From: Octopus vulgaris
Lineage: Eukaryota
Assembly (NCBI GenBank): GCA_951406725.2
Contig: OX597831.1
Coordinates: 29,512,001 to 29,576,000, forward strand
Direction: 5' to 3'
Length of the DNA stretch: 64,000 bases
Shown here: piece after piece, positions 39,430 through 53,826 of the stretch
Position numbering within the stretch: the first letter of the stretch is position 1
Layout: every line of letters starts with the position of its first letter
Translations under genes and position numbers: made by a program
The notes under the pieces: model-generated
Database searches by the model: none
What the model was told of the DNA's origin: nothing
What the model saw: only the letters and a program-made list of their open reading frames with translations

Positions 39430-39700
39430 CAGAGTATGAGCGGGGATAGCTGTGAGTTTAGGAGTGGAGTGAGTGCCGGTGAGTTTTAGGTAACTACGGG
39501 AAGGGGGGGTAAGGTACGGGGAAAATATCTGAAGTGCAAACAGATTACAGAGGATCTGAAATATGTCAGACGGTGGGTACGGGTGCAGGGGTGAAAGGTA
39601 GATGGGGTATGACTGGGTAAAGGGATGAAGGGAGGGGTAGTAGTGAGAAGGAGGTGGTGAGAGGGGGAAAATCGAGGAAGAAAGAAAAGAAAAAAGAAGT
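39430..39700 (-). mobile_element. Possible decayed Penelope post-RT linker remnant
   Basis: IPLP..TFHP...FP..PP.V pattern. Confidence 0.35.
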
Positions 39701-39752
39701 CAGGAACGGAGAAGGGAATCATGAGTTAGATCAAATGAAAGAATAGCGTTAC

Positions 39753-39794
<42 letters not shown>

Positions 39795-40444
39795 GCATAT
39801 AGATTGTATATCTATGTGTGTGTGGGTGTATATATATATACATATATATATGTGTGTATATATACATATATATGTATATATATAAATATATATATGTGCA
39901 TATACATATATATACATATATATTGTGTATATACATATGTATATGCATGTATATACATATCTATATACATACATTGTATATAAGCATTTACCTTCACTCT
40001 CACTCGCATGCGATTAAAGTACATACATACAAACACACACCACACACACACATGGTTGTGTGTATTTATGACATACATACATACATACATACACACACAC
40101 ATATATATATATATGTGCATATATACATACATGCACATAGATGTCGGTATTTAATATGATGTATATGTATATATGTATATATGTATAATATATATGTGTG
40201 TATATATAAGAATGGCTGGAGTTAATTATACCTGGCAGCGATACAGCGACTGATGAGGCTAACGATAGTTCACTTCCTGAGCACCTGCTTTCTTTAAATG
40301 AGATAACTTCACCTTAAGCAATCTTTCTTATACACACATGTGTGTATACATATACACATACATGCATATATACATGTATACATATACATATAGTTACATA
40401 TATTCATATATGTGTGTGTGCGCGCGTGTGTGTGTGTGCGTGTA

Positions 40445-40643
40445 TTCTTTTATTTGTTTCAGTCATTTGACTGCGGCCATGCTGGAGCACCGCCTTTAGT
40501 CGAACAAATCGACCCCAGTACTTATTCTATCGGTATCTTTTGCCGAACCGCTAAGTTACGGGGGCGTGAACACACTAACATCAGTTGTCAAGCGATTGTG
40601 GGAGAATAAACACAGACGCACAAACATACACACACACACACAC

Positions 40644-40695
<52 letters not shown>

Positions 40696-40710
40696 CGACG
40701 GGCTTCTTTC
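40445..40710 (-). mobile_element. SINE A, 3' part
   Basis: Homology. Confidence 0.85.
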
Positions 40711-40790
40711 ATATATAAACACGTTCATAAATAGTCATATATACATACAAATACACATTCATACATATACGCATACATACATGTGCGAGC

Positions 40791-40851
<61 letters not shown>

Positions 40852-41051
40852 AATGTATGAATGGATATGTCTCTTATCTTTTGTTTCAGTCATTAGGCTG
40901 CAGCCATGCTGAAGCACTACCTTGATGAAGTTTGAGTCGAATGAATCAACTCCAGTACTAATACTATCGGTCTCTTATGCCCAACAACTAAATTACGAGT
41001 ACGTAAACAAACCCACACCGGTTGTCAATCGGTGGCTGGGTAGAAACAGTT

Positions 41052-41090
<39 letters not shown>

Positions 41091-41478
41091 GTTAATGAGA
41101 GAGATGGAAGGTGGAATATAAGAGAATTTTTATTAATCCCTACAGTTGTTTCGACCCATCTAGCTTGGATCCCTCACGAGTGGGATACTTATCAACTGGT
41201 TCGGAGCATCTGTCGGTATAGATGTGTCTCTTCGGTTGATAATCGTTAAAATAACGACGGACTACAAACAGTTTCCCAGTACCAAATCCACTAACAAGTC
41301 TTTGGTCGGCTCGAGACAATAATAGAAGTCGCTAGCCCAAGATGCCACGCAGTAGAACTAAACGTGGAGCCACGCGGTTGAGAAACAAATTTTTAACTAC
41401 ACAGTCACACCTGCCCCTTCTGTTCACCCACTAGTATTGAGCATTTTTATCACTAAATGTTTATCATCATCATCATCA

Positions 41479-41546
<68 letters not shown>

Positions 41547-42094
41547 GAGTGAGAGAGCAGTGCATGCCATCAAAGTGACACGGGTAAAATATACGAAGCC
41601 CAGTATACCCATCATGACTACCCGTCTGATAAAGGTACACCAGGCACATGCATCACAACCATATGTGCGCGACATGGTGATCTCATATCAAGATAAATAG
41701 CGCGTGACCATGCAGGTGGGACCCAGTTAGAATTTTCTTCTGGTCGAGTAGCCCATCCCGCTCAAAAGGTCCCTGAGTAAGGGTTGTTTAAGGATGTTGA
41801 ACGAAACACGTTTCCAGAGGTGAATTATTCAAACTCCAAAGAATCTCTCGGCACATGGTTATGATGCTCCCCCACTACTTCTGCTCGTGATCAGAAATGC
41901 ACATATCGTCAGCCGCCAAGGGACATGCTCAACTGGTTAAGGTCAAACAACTGACAAACAAATCTGTGGTATTGAGCAGAATATTTGCTGTAGCCCATCT
42001 TTTATACCAAGGCAAAACAATGTACATGATAACACTTCCAATCAGTTAAGACCAGAAGCCACGAGTGCCACTGCCTGGTACTGCATCAGGGTAT
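41547..42094. mobile_element. Family C, full length
   Basis: Homology; (ATT)n on the left, (ATC)n on the right. Confidence 0.88.
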
Positions 42095-42097
42095 TTT

Positions 42098-42140
<43 letters not shown>

Positions 42141-42160
42141 CTATTATATACATATACATA

Positions 42161-42374
42161 CAGTAATCCCTCGTCATATCGCATTTTATTATTTAAACTT
42201 ATGTGGATTCATCCGTGGTGCTGTTTTGCATTTATAATAAAATACATATATACAAATTGTGAAAATAATAAAAAACATATATATATACAGTACAGTACTG
42301 TTTCTACTTCGCAGAGTTTCACCCATCGCAAGGGATTTTGGAACGCAATAACCGCGATAGTCGAGGGATTACTG
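42161..42374. mobile_element. Tigger/pogo-like MITE
   Basis: TIRs CAGTAATCCCTCG / CGAGGGATTACTG; TA TSD on both sides. Confidence 0.9.
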
Positions 42375-42379
42375 TATTT

Positions 42380-43101
<722 letters not shown>

Positions 43102-43104
<3 letters not shown>

Positions 43105-43250
43105 TATTTTCTCTCCCTGTTTATTTCTGTGTTCCTTTCTGTCGAAGAGCGTAGGATCGAAACGTAAAAGACTTCCTCACTTCCCGAGCGTTAAACTAAT
43201 ACATCTGTTTCTTGTTTACACATCCGTCTTCGTCTTTTTTTTTGTAAATT
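43102..43250 (+). mobile_element. Penelope-type pLTR with U6-variant hammerhead (43135-43170)
   Basis: CUUU CUGUCGA A GAGC..GAUC GAAACGUA AAAG. Confidence 0.72.
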
Positions 43251-43259
43251 CTCTCTCTT

Positions 43260-43345
<86 letters not shown>

Positions 43346-43524
43346 TTTACATACATACACAGCATATAAATGAGCACTTAAATCCAAACATATAGAGTGT
43401 ATGCATTTGTACAATGTGCGTGTAGATATAGTCACCGATACACACACACATATATTCACACATATAATATATGTGTGATATATATGTGTGTGTATGTATG
43501 CATATATATATATATGTGTGCATA

Positions 43525-43556
<32 letters not shown>

Positions 43557-43584
43557 CTATTTATATATATATATACATATATAT

Positions 43585-43637
<53 letters not shown>

Positions 43638-44852
43638 AATGTCTACGTGTGTGTGTGTGTGCGTGCGTTTGTGTGCGCGTGTGTGTGTCTGTGTGCGCGT
43701 GCATCTGTGGTGCCACATTGCAAAAACGCCAGAATTCAACGTGTTTCTGAATATCGCAGTAATTTCAAGTTGGTCGTAAATTAACGACAACGACAAGACG
43801 ACGGAAACCAAATAGTTTTACTCTTAATAACTTGTATAACTTTCAATATTTCGGCAATAAAAGCCGCTAGTGATGAACAAGGGGAGAGAGAGAGTAAGTG
43901 ACGTTCTTTCTGACTAGAGCAGATGTGTACGGCTGGCGTATGTAAGGGTCACCATGTGCAAAGAGATAGTGTTAAATTTCCCAATTAGCGCTCGAGAAAT
44001 CCTTGTCTGCAGTTAAATATCGGCTTTAATTGTTTTATGAGTTTTCGTGGTGTACCGCATAGAATGTATTAAACGCGGCAGATGTACAGCGGTAGCACCA
44101 ACGCCTTTACTTCGCTGGAAAGCAAAACATTCTCACAAACACTTCATCAGCCAGATAACATCTAAAGAAACACAGCAATCAGGATATCAATGGACACCAT
44201 CAAAGCCATAGGGCGGCATATCGGAAATCTGAGAATCAGAGGCCATTTTTATTAAGCAATTAGAGTTGCACGGCTCTAATTGGCTAATTAAGCATTATTA
44301 ATATGCACATGTTGTACTCCGAACTCGACATCTCATCTCGTAACATTACACATTCATAACCGCGTTCGCGCCGCGTTATTCTTGATTATAGTGTTTAATG
44401 AACGGAATGTTAAAATATAAGGCAAACTATTAAATTATAAGGCAACAATAAAAGGCAAAATACTATAGTATAAAACAAAAAATATAAACCCTTTTGTTTT
44501 AGCTCTTCTTCATTCCATTATTTCCAACTTCTATTGTGGCACTCCTAACGACACACTTGCGCTCACATACTATTATATTAAATTATATTGCTTTAAATTA
44601 TATTATAGGTTAAAGTGTATTATATATTAAATATTGTCCTGGATATTATATTTTTATCAAATTATAGCATGCGTGTGTGTGCATATGTGTGTGTATGAAT
44701 GTTATGTGTGTGTGCGTTTGCATATGTATATGCATGTTTGTATTGGCAGTAGCTGATGATTAGTTCTTTTGTTACTCGGAGTTTCACTTAAGATGAACGC
44801 GCCGAGTAGTTTTCAACGATTACAGACCAAATTGGAAACAAAAACACGACGT

Positions 44853-45359
44853 TACCGTAAATCTTCGAGTATAGTCCGCCCTTGAGTATAATACGCATGG
44901 GATTGTTAGGGGGCTGTACCTCTGAAAACCCTAAATCGTGTGTATAATACGCACCCCTTCTCTAACTTGAGCCAAGGAGGTCTATATAACGTCCTTGGTT
45001 TGTAAAACTGTATATGGTAACGTCCTTTATTATTATTGTATATATAACATAATGCAAACGTGAAGATTTTTTGTGCATTTTGTTTGCAGAAAATAAAGAA
45101 ATAATAGTAATAACTAATAACGTTTAATAAATGTTGCTTACTGCAAGTTATGGATGATCCTTTTATGACTTCATTGCTTTCAGGCTTAGCTTAAGGTATT
45201 TTCGCGCCCGACATCACAAAATGCGTCTGAATAAACATAGCCAGACAGCAAATAGAGACTCGGACATTGCTTAGAAAATATTTTTCATTTTTAACCTCGA
45301 ATATAGTACGCACTAGGGATTTTGACCGTTAAATTTTGGGGAAAAAATGTTGATTATAC
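44853..45359 (+). mobile_element. pogo/Tc2-like MITE
   Basis: TA-CCGTAAATCTTCGAGTATA start; repeated GTATAATACGCA motifs; right TIR truncated. Confidence 0.75.
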
Positions 45360-45736
45360 CAGTCTATATACCTTGGCTGTTACCATGAACATAACCAGCA
45401 ACACACTGTCTCACACATACAGTAAATTTTCCAACACTAATCATATTAAGGACCTGATCAGGGTTAGGGTTAAGGAACACTTTGAGATTACAGATTGAAA
45501 AATCAGAAGGCCGAAGTGTGTTAGTGCTTCCTCATATCTACACAAGAAATGTTGTTCTTCGTGAAGTTTTGTGGCGAATCATACCTGTAGATTATTTTGA
45601 GAGTGATAAATTAAATTTTCTTATTTTCCTGTTATTTTGGCATTTTTACTAACTTCGTCAACCTCTTCGTATTACCTTGAAGTGCAATGAACATGAACGG
45701 CTTCTTCTCTTAAGAGCTGGATTAGTCAACCACCAT

Positions 45737-46070
45737 GAAGGCGCGTGGCTCAGTGGTTATAGCGTCGAGCTTACGATCGTGAGGTTGTCAGTTCGAATCC
45801 CGGACCGGGCTGCGTGTTGTGTTCTTGAGCAAGACACTTTATTTCACGTTGCTCCAGTTCACTCAGCTGTAGAAATGAGTTGCAACATCATAGGTGCCAA
45901 GCTGTATCGGCCCTTGCCTTTCCCTTCTACAACACTGGTGACGTGGAGAGGGGAGGCCGGTATGCATGGGCGACTGCTGGTCTTCCATAAACAACCTTGC
46001 CCAGACTTGTGCCTAGGGGGATTACTTTCTAGGTGCAATCCCATGGTCAGTCATGATCGAAGGGGGTCTC
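45737..46070 (+). mobile_element. tRNA-derived CORE-like SINE family E
   Basis: A box TGGCTCAGTGG, B box GTTCGAATCC, core TTGTGTTCTTGAGCAAGACACTT..CAGCTGTAGAAATG; second copy at 62840-63153. Confidence 0.88.
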
Positions 46071-46394
46071 AAGTCAACCATGAAAAGATCAAAGAACTTG
46101 CGAGATGATCCTGCAGTTGCGCCCTCCGCGGCAAATTTGTAATGAATTTAGCTTAAGCGCATTTCCAATGAATTTGGCTTAATTTGCAAGTCAAGTGGCG
46201 ATCTGACCAGGGATGGTCAAAATACAGGATCATAGACTGGCAGGTGATGCCAGGACACACACAGTTCAAGTGCTACATCCGTGAATAGAATGAGTTGAAG
46301 AATTGCCTGCGTGCACCAGCCCAGCTATACTCAATGAAAGGATGGTACTCTTCTGATAAATGGGATTGAAATGTGTGCGTGTGTGTGTGTGTCT

Positions 46395-46606
46395 TTTATC
46401 TTTTATCTTGTATCTGTTTCAGTCATTTGACTGTGGCCATGCTGGAGCACCGCCTTTAATCGAGCCAATCGCCCCCCAGGACTTATTCTTTGTAAGCCTA
46501 GTACTTATTCTATCGGTCTCTCTTGCCGAACCGCTAAGTGACGGGGACGTAAACACACCAGTATCGGTTGTCAAGCAATATTGAGGAGGGGACAAACACA
46601 GACGCA

Positions 46607-46678
<72 letters not shown>

Positions 46679-46833
46679 CGACGGGCCTCTTTCAGTTTCT
46701 GTCTACCAAATCCACTCACAAGGCTTTCGTCGGTCCGAGGCTATAGTAGAAGACACCAGCCCAAGGTGCCACGCAGTGGGACTGAACCCAGAACCATGTG
46801 GTTGGTAAGCAAGTTACTTACCACACAACCACT
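46395..46833 (-). mobile_element. SINE A
   Basis: Homology. Confidence 0.9.
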
Positions 46834-47459
46834 CGGTGTGTTTGTATTTGTCCTGGGAATGCATCCAAACGGCATTCAGCAGTGGGCCCTGGCTCAGGAT
46901 TCCGTAGTTTTAGGAGTGTGGAACCATCTCTTAGCTACTCTCGTCCCCAAGTCTACCCTGAACCGGTGTAGTAACACCTGCCAGGGTCCTGGCAATGGGT
47001 TAATCAAAATGTAAATAAAGACCAACGGCAGTAACAGACCCCTTAACTGTTGTCCTTCTAGGAGGGGGGTACTTTGATGTAAAATCTGCGGTTTAACGTG
47101 ATTACTGATCATCGTGTTTCGAACTGTCACGAGGTACTAATCACAGGGCCTCAGAAGATATTCTCGTGTTATACAAGCATTTATCACTATAATCCAGTGA
47201 CATACAAATGTCTCTTTATGGTGACCTCATTTGTTATTTGTCCTTTGTCATTTCGTCTATTCAAAGTACTATGGTGTTGGAAGGGTGGTGAGATATGCAG
47301 AGCCACAAGTCTGGAGGTACAGTTACAAAGCAATAATGGTACTGAATAGTCATCTGAGAGGTCATGGACGGAAGGTCCGAAATTCCATTGACAGCGAGGA
47401 AGCATAAAGAGACGGCAGTCATCTGTGAAGCTGGAGCAATCATCATGTATGAATGTATG

Positions 47460-48182
47460 TCATTATTCAGCTTATTTCAAGATTTCTTGCCAATAGAGAA
47501 AGAACCGGTTTCTAACCTAGAAAGGCGGTGAGCTGGTAGAAACGTTAGCACGCCGGGCGAAATGCTTTGCGGTATTTCGTCTGCCGTTACGTTCTGAGTT
47601 CAAATTCCGCCGAGGTCGACTTTGCCTTTCATCCTTTCGGGGTCGATAAATTAAAGTACCAGTTACGCACTGGGGTCGATGTAATCGACTTAATACCTAT
47701 GTCTGTCCTTGTTTGTCCCCTCTATGTTTAGCCCCTTGTGGGTAATAAAGAAATAGGTTTCTAACCTAGATCTAAGGCTCCATCATTGGGATTTCAACAT
47801 CAACAACAGGATATTCTTGTTTCTATGTATGTATGTATGTATGTATGTATGTATATGTATATGTATAGATTGGTATGTTTTGTTTTATGTTTGTCTTCTC
47901 ATGCATATAGTTACATATCTCGACATGCTCATATATATTTAAATGATAAACTTCTGGAAAGTTTTACAGATTTTCACAGTTCCAATGATGAATTGGATCT
48001 GTAGTCTTCGAATCAGCTTTCTCTTTTCTGGTTTTGAGAAACTTAATTTCTCAAAATGGCTATTTAGGTAGTTTGTTACATATCCCAGAGCCCCAATAAT
48101 TACAGATATAAACCTGAGCATGTAATCTGGATTAAGTAACTACAGATTTTTCAATAGTTCAGCGTCGGTATTTTCTTTTTCA

Positions 48183-48183
<1 letters not shown>
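47460..48183 (-). mobile_element. RLE-type non-LTR 3' end in (CATA)n (second copy), interrupted by SINE B
   Basis: FISVIIGALGYV...LIRRLQIQFIIGTVKICKTF. Confidence 0.82.
47522..47755 (+). mobile_element. SINE B
   Basis: 14-bp TSD GGTTTCTAACCTAG. Confidence 0.93.
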
Positions 48184-48215
<32 letters not shown>

Positions 48216-48788
48216 TGTATGTATGTATGTATGTATGTATGTATGTATGTATGTATGTATGTATGCATGCATGTATGTATGTATGTATGTAAGTATGTAT
48301 GTATGTAAGTATGTATGTATGCATGTATGCATGCATACATGTATGTATGCATGCATACATGTATGTATGCATGCATACATGTATGTATGCATGTATGTAT
48401 ACATGTATGTATGCGTATATGTATGTATGCATGTATGTATGCATGTATGTATGCGTGCATGTATGTACGCATGTGTGTGTATGTATGTATGTATGTATGT
48501 ATGTATGCGTGTATGCATGTATGTATGTATGTATGCGTGTATGCATGTATGTATGCGTGTATGCATGTATGTATGTATGCATGTATGTATGTATGTATGT
48601 ATACATGTATGCATGTAGGTATGTATGTATGCATGTATGTATGTAGAGATGTATGTATGTATACATGCACATATGTATGTGTGAATGACTGTATGTGTGT
48701 ACATATGTTTATATATATATGCATGTGTATCCATGTATGTATCTATGTATGTATTAGGAATGCATGCATGCGTAGATGTGTATGAGGT

Positions 48789-48790
<2 letters not shown>
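48184..48790. repeat. (TATG/CATG)n microsatellite
   Basis: Direct reading. Confidence 0.95.
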
Positions 48791-48822
<32 letters not shown>

Positions 48823-49625
48823 AACGTGAGTGCATGCTTGTGCTTATGTGTGTATTGGGATGTGTTTACTGGTCTTTGAAGTATTAACAGCCTCAGTAAA
48901 GCCATAAAACAGCCGATTATTATGACAAATATATATAATGAAGCCGAAACTACTGATTACCGTGTGGTTGAAATATTTGACACACACATACACACAGAAT
49001 GTAGGTAAGAAAGAGAAAGAGAGAGAGAGAGAAAAAGGGGAAGGGTGAGGTGGAAAGATACGAAGACAGGAGAGCTAAGAGAACTAATAACAGAAGGAGT
49101 AGGAGGAAGACAAAGTGAGAGAGGAGGAGTGTGTTTATGTGTGTGCGCTTTTACGTCAATAGGTCAGTTGAGCTTTAATGTCAAGCTGGAATTTCGTCTA
49201 TTTTGACCGACCTATGTATATATATTTGCGTGAACTTGATCTGCCCAGCTGTGATGGTACCAGAATGACCGAGCTCAGAAGTCCCTGCACGAAAGCCCCA
49301 AACATATTCGATTACCATATCAAGGCGGGATTAGCATAACTTGCACAGTAGCATTGAACATCATTAAACACATTATATGCATTGCGATGGCGGTTTCAAT
49401 TCCGTGCCGCGTTGTTTTTTACTTGAATCGTTCGTTTCTGCACATTCCCGACAGAAAATGGCACAGGATTAACTCTTCCCTCTCGCTGTCATTCTTTCTT
49501 CTCTCAGAGGTTTATCTATCCGGTCAGGATTGCTTTCAGATTAAGCAACCTTCTTCTTCTTCTTCTTCTTCTTCTTCTTCTTCTTCTTCTTCTTCTTCTT
49601 CTTCTTCTTCTTCTTCTTCTTCTTC

Positions 49626-49676
<51 letters not shown>

Positions 49677-49794
49677 TTCTTCTTCTTCTTCTTCTTCTTC
49701 TTCAACATCATCTTTTTCCTTCTTCAACTCTCCTCCTCCTCCTCCCCCTACTACTACTACAACAACTACTACTACTAGCCCGTCCCTAAAATAT

Positions 49795-49890
49795 TCCTAA
49801 ACGGACAAAACCCTTTGTAACCTTTCGTCCTGTTTTGTCCCTTTATGTTTTCTAATCATATTTGTCAGCCCTTTGTGGCCAATAAAAAGA

Positions 49891-49893
<3 letters not shown>
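49795..49893 (+). mobile_element. LINE 3' tail fragment (family of 51243-51610)
   Basis: AAACGGACAAAACCCTTT...GTGGCCAATAAAAAGAATT followed by (ATT)n. Confidence 0.7.
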
Positions 49894-49933
<40 letters not shown>

Positions 49934-49944
49934 GTATTGCTATG

Positions 49945-50139
49945 TGAAGATAGTGAGCTGGCAGAATCGTAAATGCTTAGCGGCATTTCGTCTTTATTCA
50001 CGTTCTGAGTTCAAACTTCGCCGAGGTCGACTTTGCCTTTCATCCTTTCGGGGTCGATAAATTAAGTACCAGTAAAACACTGGGGTCGATGTACTCGATT
50101 AATCTCCTCCCCACAAATTTAAGGCCTTTAAAAGAAAGG

Positions 50140-50207
<68 letters not shown>

Positions 50208-50224
50208 TAACATTATCATCATCA

Positions 50225-50302
<78 letters not shown>

Positions 50303-50570
50303 CTAGTAGTATTTTGTTTGGCACAGGTTCGATTTTATTCCTGGTAGGAATTATGTGAACAGCGAGTTACTACCTGTAACCTTTGATATCCAAAGTTTTC
50401 TGCAGTCTTTCAAGTCTTTGAACGTTCTGAGTTCAAATTCCGCTGGGGGTCGACTTTGCCTTTCATCTTTTCGGGGTCGATGAATTAATTACCTGTGAAA
50501 CACTGGAGTCGATACAAATCGACTAGTCCCCTCTCCCAAAATATCAGGCCTTGTGCCTGCAGCAGAAAGG

Positions 50571-50572
<2 letters not shown>
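49945..50572 (+). mobile_element. Two older SINE B copies
   Basis: Units at 49945-50140 and ~50355-50572, each followed by (ATT)n. Confidence 0.8.
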
Positions 50573-50642
<70 letters not shown>

Positions 50643-50679
50643 TTTATTATTTTAATTATCATTAATACTTATTATTATT

Positions 50680-51234
50680 GAGTGAGAGAGCAGCACATGC
50701 CATCAAAGAACTGGGGTACAAATATAAAAAGCCCAAAATACTTATCATGACTACCCGTCTGATAAGGGTACACTAGGCACATGCATTACAACCATATGTG
50801 CCTGACATGGTGATCTCGTATCAAGATAAACAGCGCATGACCTTGCAGGTTGGGCCCAATTAGAATTTTCTCGAAGCTGAGTAGCGCATACCGCTCAACA
50901 GGTCCCTGAACGAGAGTTGTTTAAGGATGTTAAACAAAACATCCATATTTCCTGAGGTAAATTATTCAAACCCCATAGAATTCCTCTCAGCACGTGGCTA
51001 TAATTCTCCCCCGCTGCTCCTGCTCATAATGTGAGATGTACATATCGTCAGCCACTAAGGAACATGCTGAAATGTTTAAGGTCAAACAACTGACAAGCAA
51101 ATCTGTGGTACTGAGCAGAATATTTGTTGTAGTCCATCTTTTGATACCAAGACAAAACAATGTACATGATAACACTTCCAATCAGTTAAGATTAGAAGCC
51201 ATGAGAGTCAGTGCCTGGTACAGCATTAAGGCAT
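50680..51234. mobile_element. Family C, full length, more diverged
   Basis: Homology; (ATT)n flanks. Confidence 0.85.
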
Positions 51235-51242
51235 TATTATTA

Positions 51243-51610
51243 TTGCTGTCCGATGGCAAGTTTTATGAAAGGTGGATGAATTGTGCGAGACTGGCCAGAA
51301 TAAATGGACCAGTTCTCAGGTTTCGCCTGTGATTTCAAAAAAGTAATACAAAAGGAGAAAAAAGGGACTCTCTACACCCCTTTTTTGACCAGGCTCCCGT
51401 TGGCTTTTGTAGGGTTTTTTTCCACCAGGAACCTTTCGAAATGCCTCCCCCTTTTGGGAGATTTTCATTGTTAAATTTTTTAAATGTTATTAAGTTTTTA
51501 CTCGATGTTTTTCAAAAACGGACAAAACCCTTTATAACCCTTTGTCCTGTCTTGTCCCTTCATGTTTCAAATCATGCGTGTCAGCCCTTGTGGCCAATAA
51601 AAAAGAATTA
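51243..51610 (+). mobile_element. 5'-truncated LINE end (ORF C-terminus + 3' UTR), possibly L1/Tx1-like
   Basis: LSDGKFYERWMNCARLARING...stop, then a UTR ending in AATAAA and (ATT)n. Confidence 0.55.
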
Positions 51611-51681
<71 letters not shown>

Positions 51682-52061
51682 CATTTTTATTGCTGCTGCT
51701 GCTACTGCTGTTGTTGTGGTCGTCATGTCATATGTCTCTCGTCTTGTTTAATTTGATCAGACAAATGTTCTGCTTTTTAAATCATGTTCTCAATAAGACA
51801 ACATGGCGCCTGCGTGACATTGCTTGAGGTTGATGTCACAGGGACTTCCACAACGACAACCGGTTGCAGTTGTCACAGGCTGCCGCCGCTACTGCTGCTA
51901 TTACTGCTGTTATTGTTGTTGTTGTTGGTATTATTCTAGTTACTACTGTTGCTGCTCATTACATCACCAAACTACTACAACTGCTGCGAATGACACGCCA
52001 CCTACATCACCACCACAACCTCCACAAAGCTACCATTACAACAACGACAAGAACAACAACA

Positions 52062-52111
<50 letters not shown>

Positions 52112-52554
52112 CACTACCACCACCACCACCACTACTACTACCACTACGAACTCTGTAAAATCAACTCAACTGTCACCGTCACCACCAATACCACCACTAC
52201 CACAATCTGCGGCTTTCGTAATGTCCCCTTCGTAGTATTTCTAAAATGTCCATTGATTGAATGTTGTATGCCCGTCTCAAGGCACTGCATAGAATCACTG
52301 GAAATTTTAGAAATACTTCGGATATTGAACAGGAAGCCACAACATACGTAGATTAGAATTAAGACCCTGGACTCACTTGGTCTGAATAAATCACGTTTTA
52401 CCGTCTAACTTTTGCTTGTATCGGTAACTGGACTGAGGCCATGTTGGGGTGACATGTTGAAGTCGAGCGGATCAACATAACTACTGATTTTAAAGTCTAG
52501 ATCGCTTATCGAATCGGAATTATTTTGGCGAACCTCTATGTATATATATAGGTG

Positions 52555-52858
52555 GAGGCGCAATGGCCCAATGGTTAGGGCAGCGGACTCGCGGTCGTGG
52601 GATCGCGGTTTCGATTCCTAGACCGGGCATTGTGTGTGTTTATTGAGCGAAAACACCTAAAAACACCACGAGGCTCCGGCAGGGTGTGGTGATCCCTGCT
52701 GTACTCTTTCACCACTCTTTCTCTCACTCTTTCTGCTGTTGGCCTGCTCGCTTAGCCAGCGGGGTGGCGTCATTCGAAGGCTAAACCAATGCGAACGCCT
52801 TGTGACCAGCGATGTGTAGCAACATCTGATTGTCTGGTCGGTCACGTGATCACGTGAT
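52555..52858 (+). mobile_element. SINE family D
   Basis: Homology to 42762-43057. Confidence 0.88.
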
Positions 52859-52862
52859 ATAT

Positions 52863-52984
52863 ATATAGGTAAGAATGGAGAACAAATTTCAAAGGTCAAG
52901 CCCCTTTATCAAATTAAATCATTACGAATTTAATTTGATAAAGAGACTTGACCTTTGAAATTTGTTCTCCATTCTTACCTATAT
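52863..52984. repeat. Near-perfect inverted repeat (57-bp arms, 8-nt loop)
   Basis: Arms 52863-52919 and 52928-52984; two mismatches. Confidence 0.92.
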
Positions 52985-53197
52985 TCTTACTGGTTCTTAA
53001 CAGTGCTAACGAGCTGCACTGTATGAAAGGATATTCTTTTTATATACATCTCATAATTATATATATATATATGTTTTAAAAAAACAAACTGGGACAAGAA
53101 CGCAAAACATTTTGATGACGATACAAAAAACACGGACGGGACATTCGAAGCCTTCAAACTTCAGTCAAGAACCGGATCATACTCGCATATATGTATA

Positions 53198-53826
53198 TAC
53201 TTGTTTCAGTCATTTGACTGCAGCTATCCCGCAGCACCGCCTTTAGTCAAGCAAATCGACTCCAGGACTTATTCTTTGTAAGCCTTGCACTTATTCTATC
53301 GGAACACTTTTGCCGATCCGCTAAGTTACGGGGACGTATACACACCAGCACCGGTTGTCAAGCGATATTGGGGTGGGGGGACATAAACACACACATACAC
53401 ACACACATGCACAAGCACATGCACACACACACATACACGACAGGCGTCTTTCAGTTTCCAGACAGCCACTCCTGCGCCTATATATATATATATAATGGGA
53501 AAGTTTACGAAAATAAACAAAAGACGAAGGCAGGTGGAGTACAAACGAACAAATGTATTAGTATAGCGCTCAGGAATAGAAATAGTAATAGTATTTTACG
53601 TTTCGAGCCTACGCTCTTCGACAGAAAGATACACAGAAAAAAACAAGGAGAGAAAGAGTGAGACGACGTGTTTCTTTCAGTTTCCGTCTACCAAATCCAC
53701 TCACAAGGCATTGGTCGGTTCAAGGTTATGATAGGAGACACTTGCCCAAGGTGCCACGCAGTGGGACTGAACCCCGGAACCATGTGGTTGGTAAGCAAGC
53801 TTCTTACCACACAGTCACGCCTGCGC
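53198..53826 (-). mobile_element. SINE A pieces flanking a Penelope-type pLTR (53495-53655; hammerhead 53594-53627)
   Basis: Minus strand UUU CUGUCGA A GAGC GUAG GCUC GAAACGUA AAA. Confidence 0.78.

Noticed and set aside
40247-40275. CUGAUGAG plus hairpin as a hammerhead
   Set aside because: No GAAA after helix II
41605-41640. SECIS or hammerhead within family C (AUGAC..CUGAUAA)
   Set aside because: Helix too short for a SECIS; core not followed by helix II-GAAA
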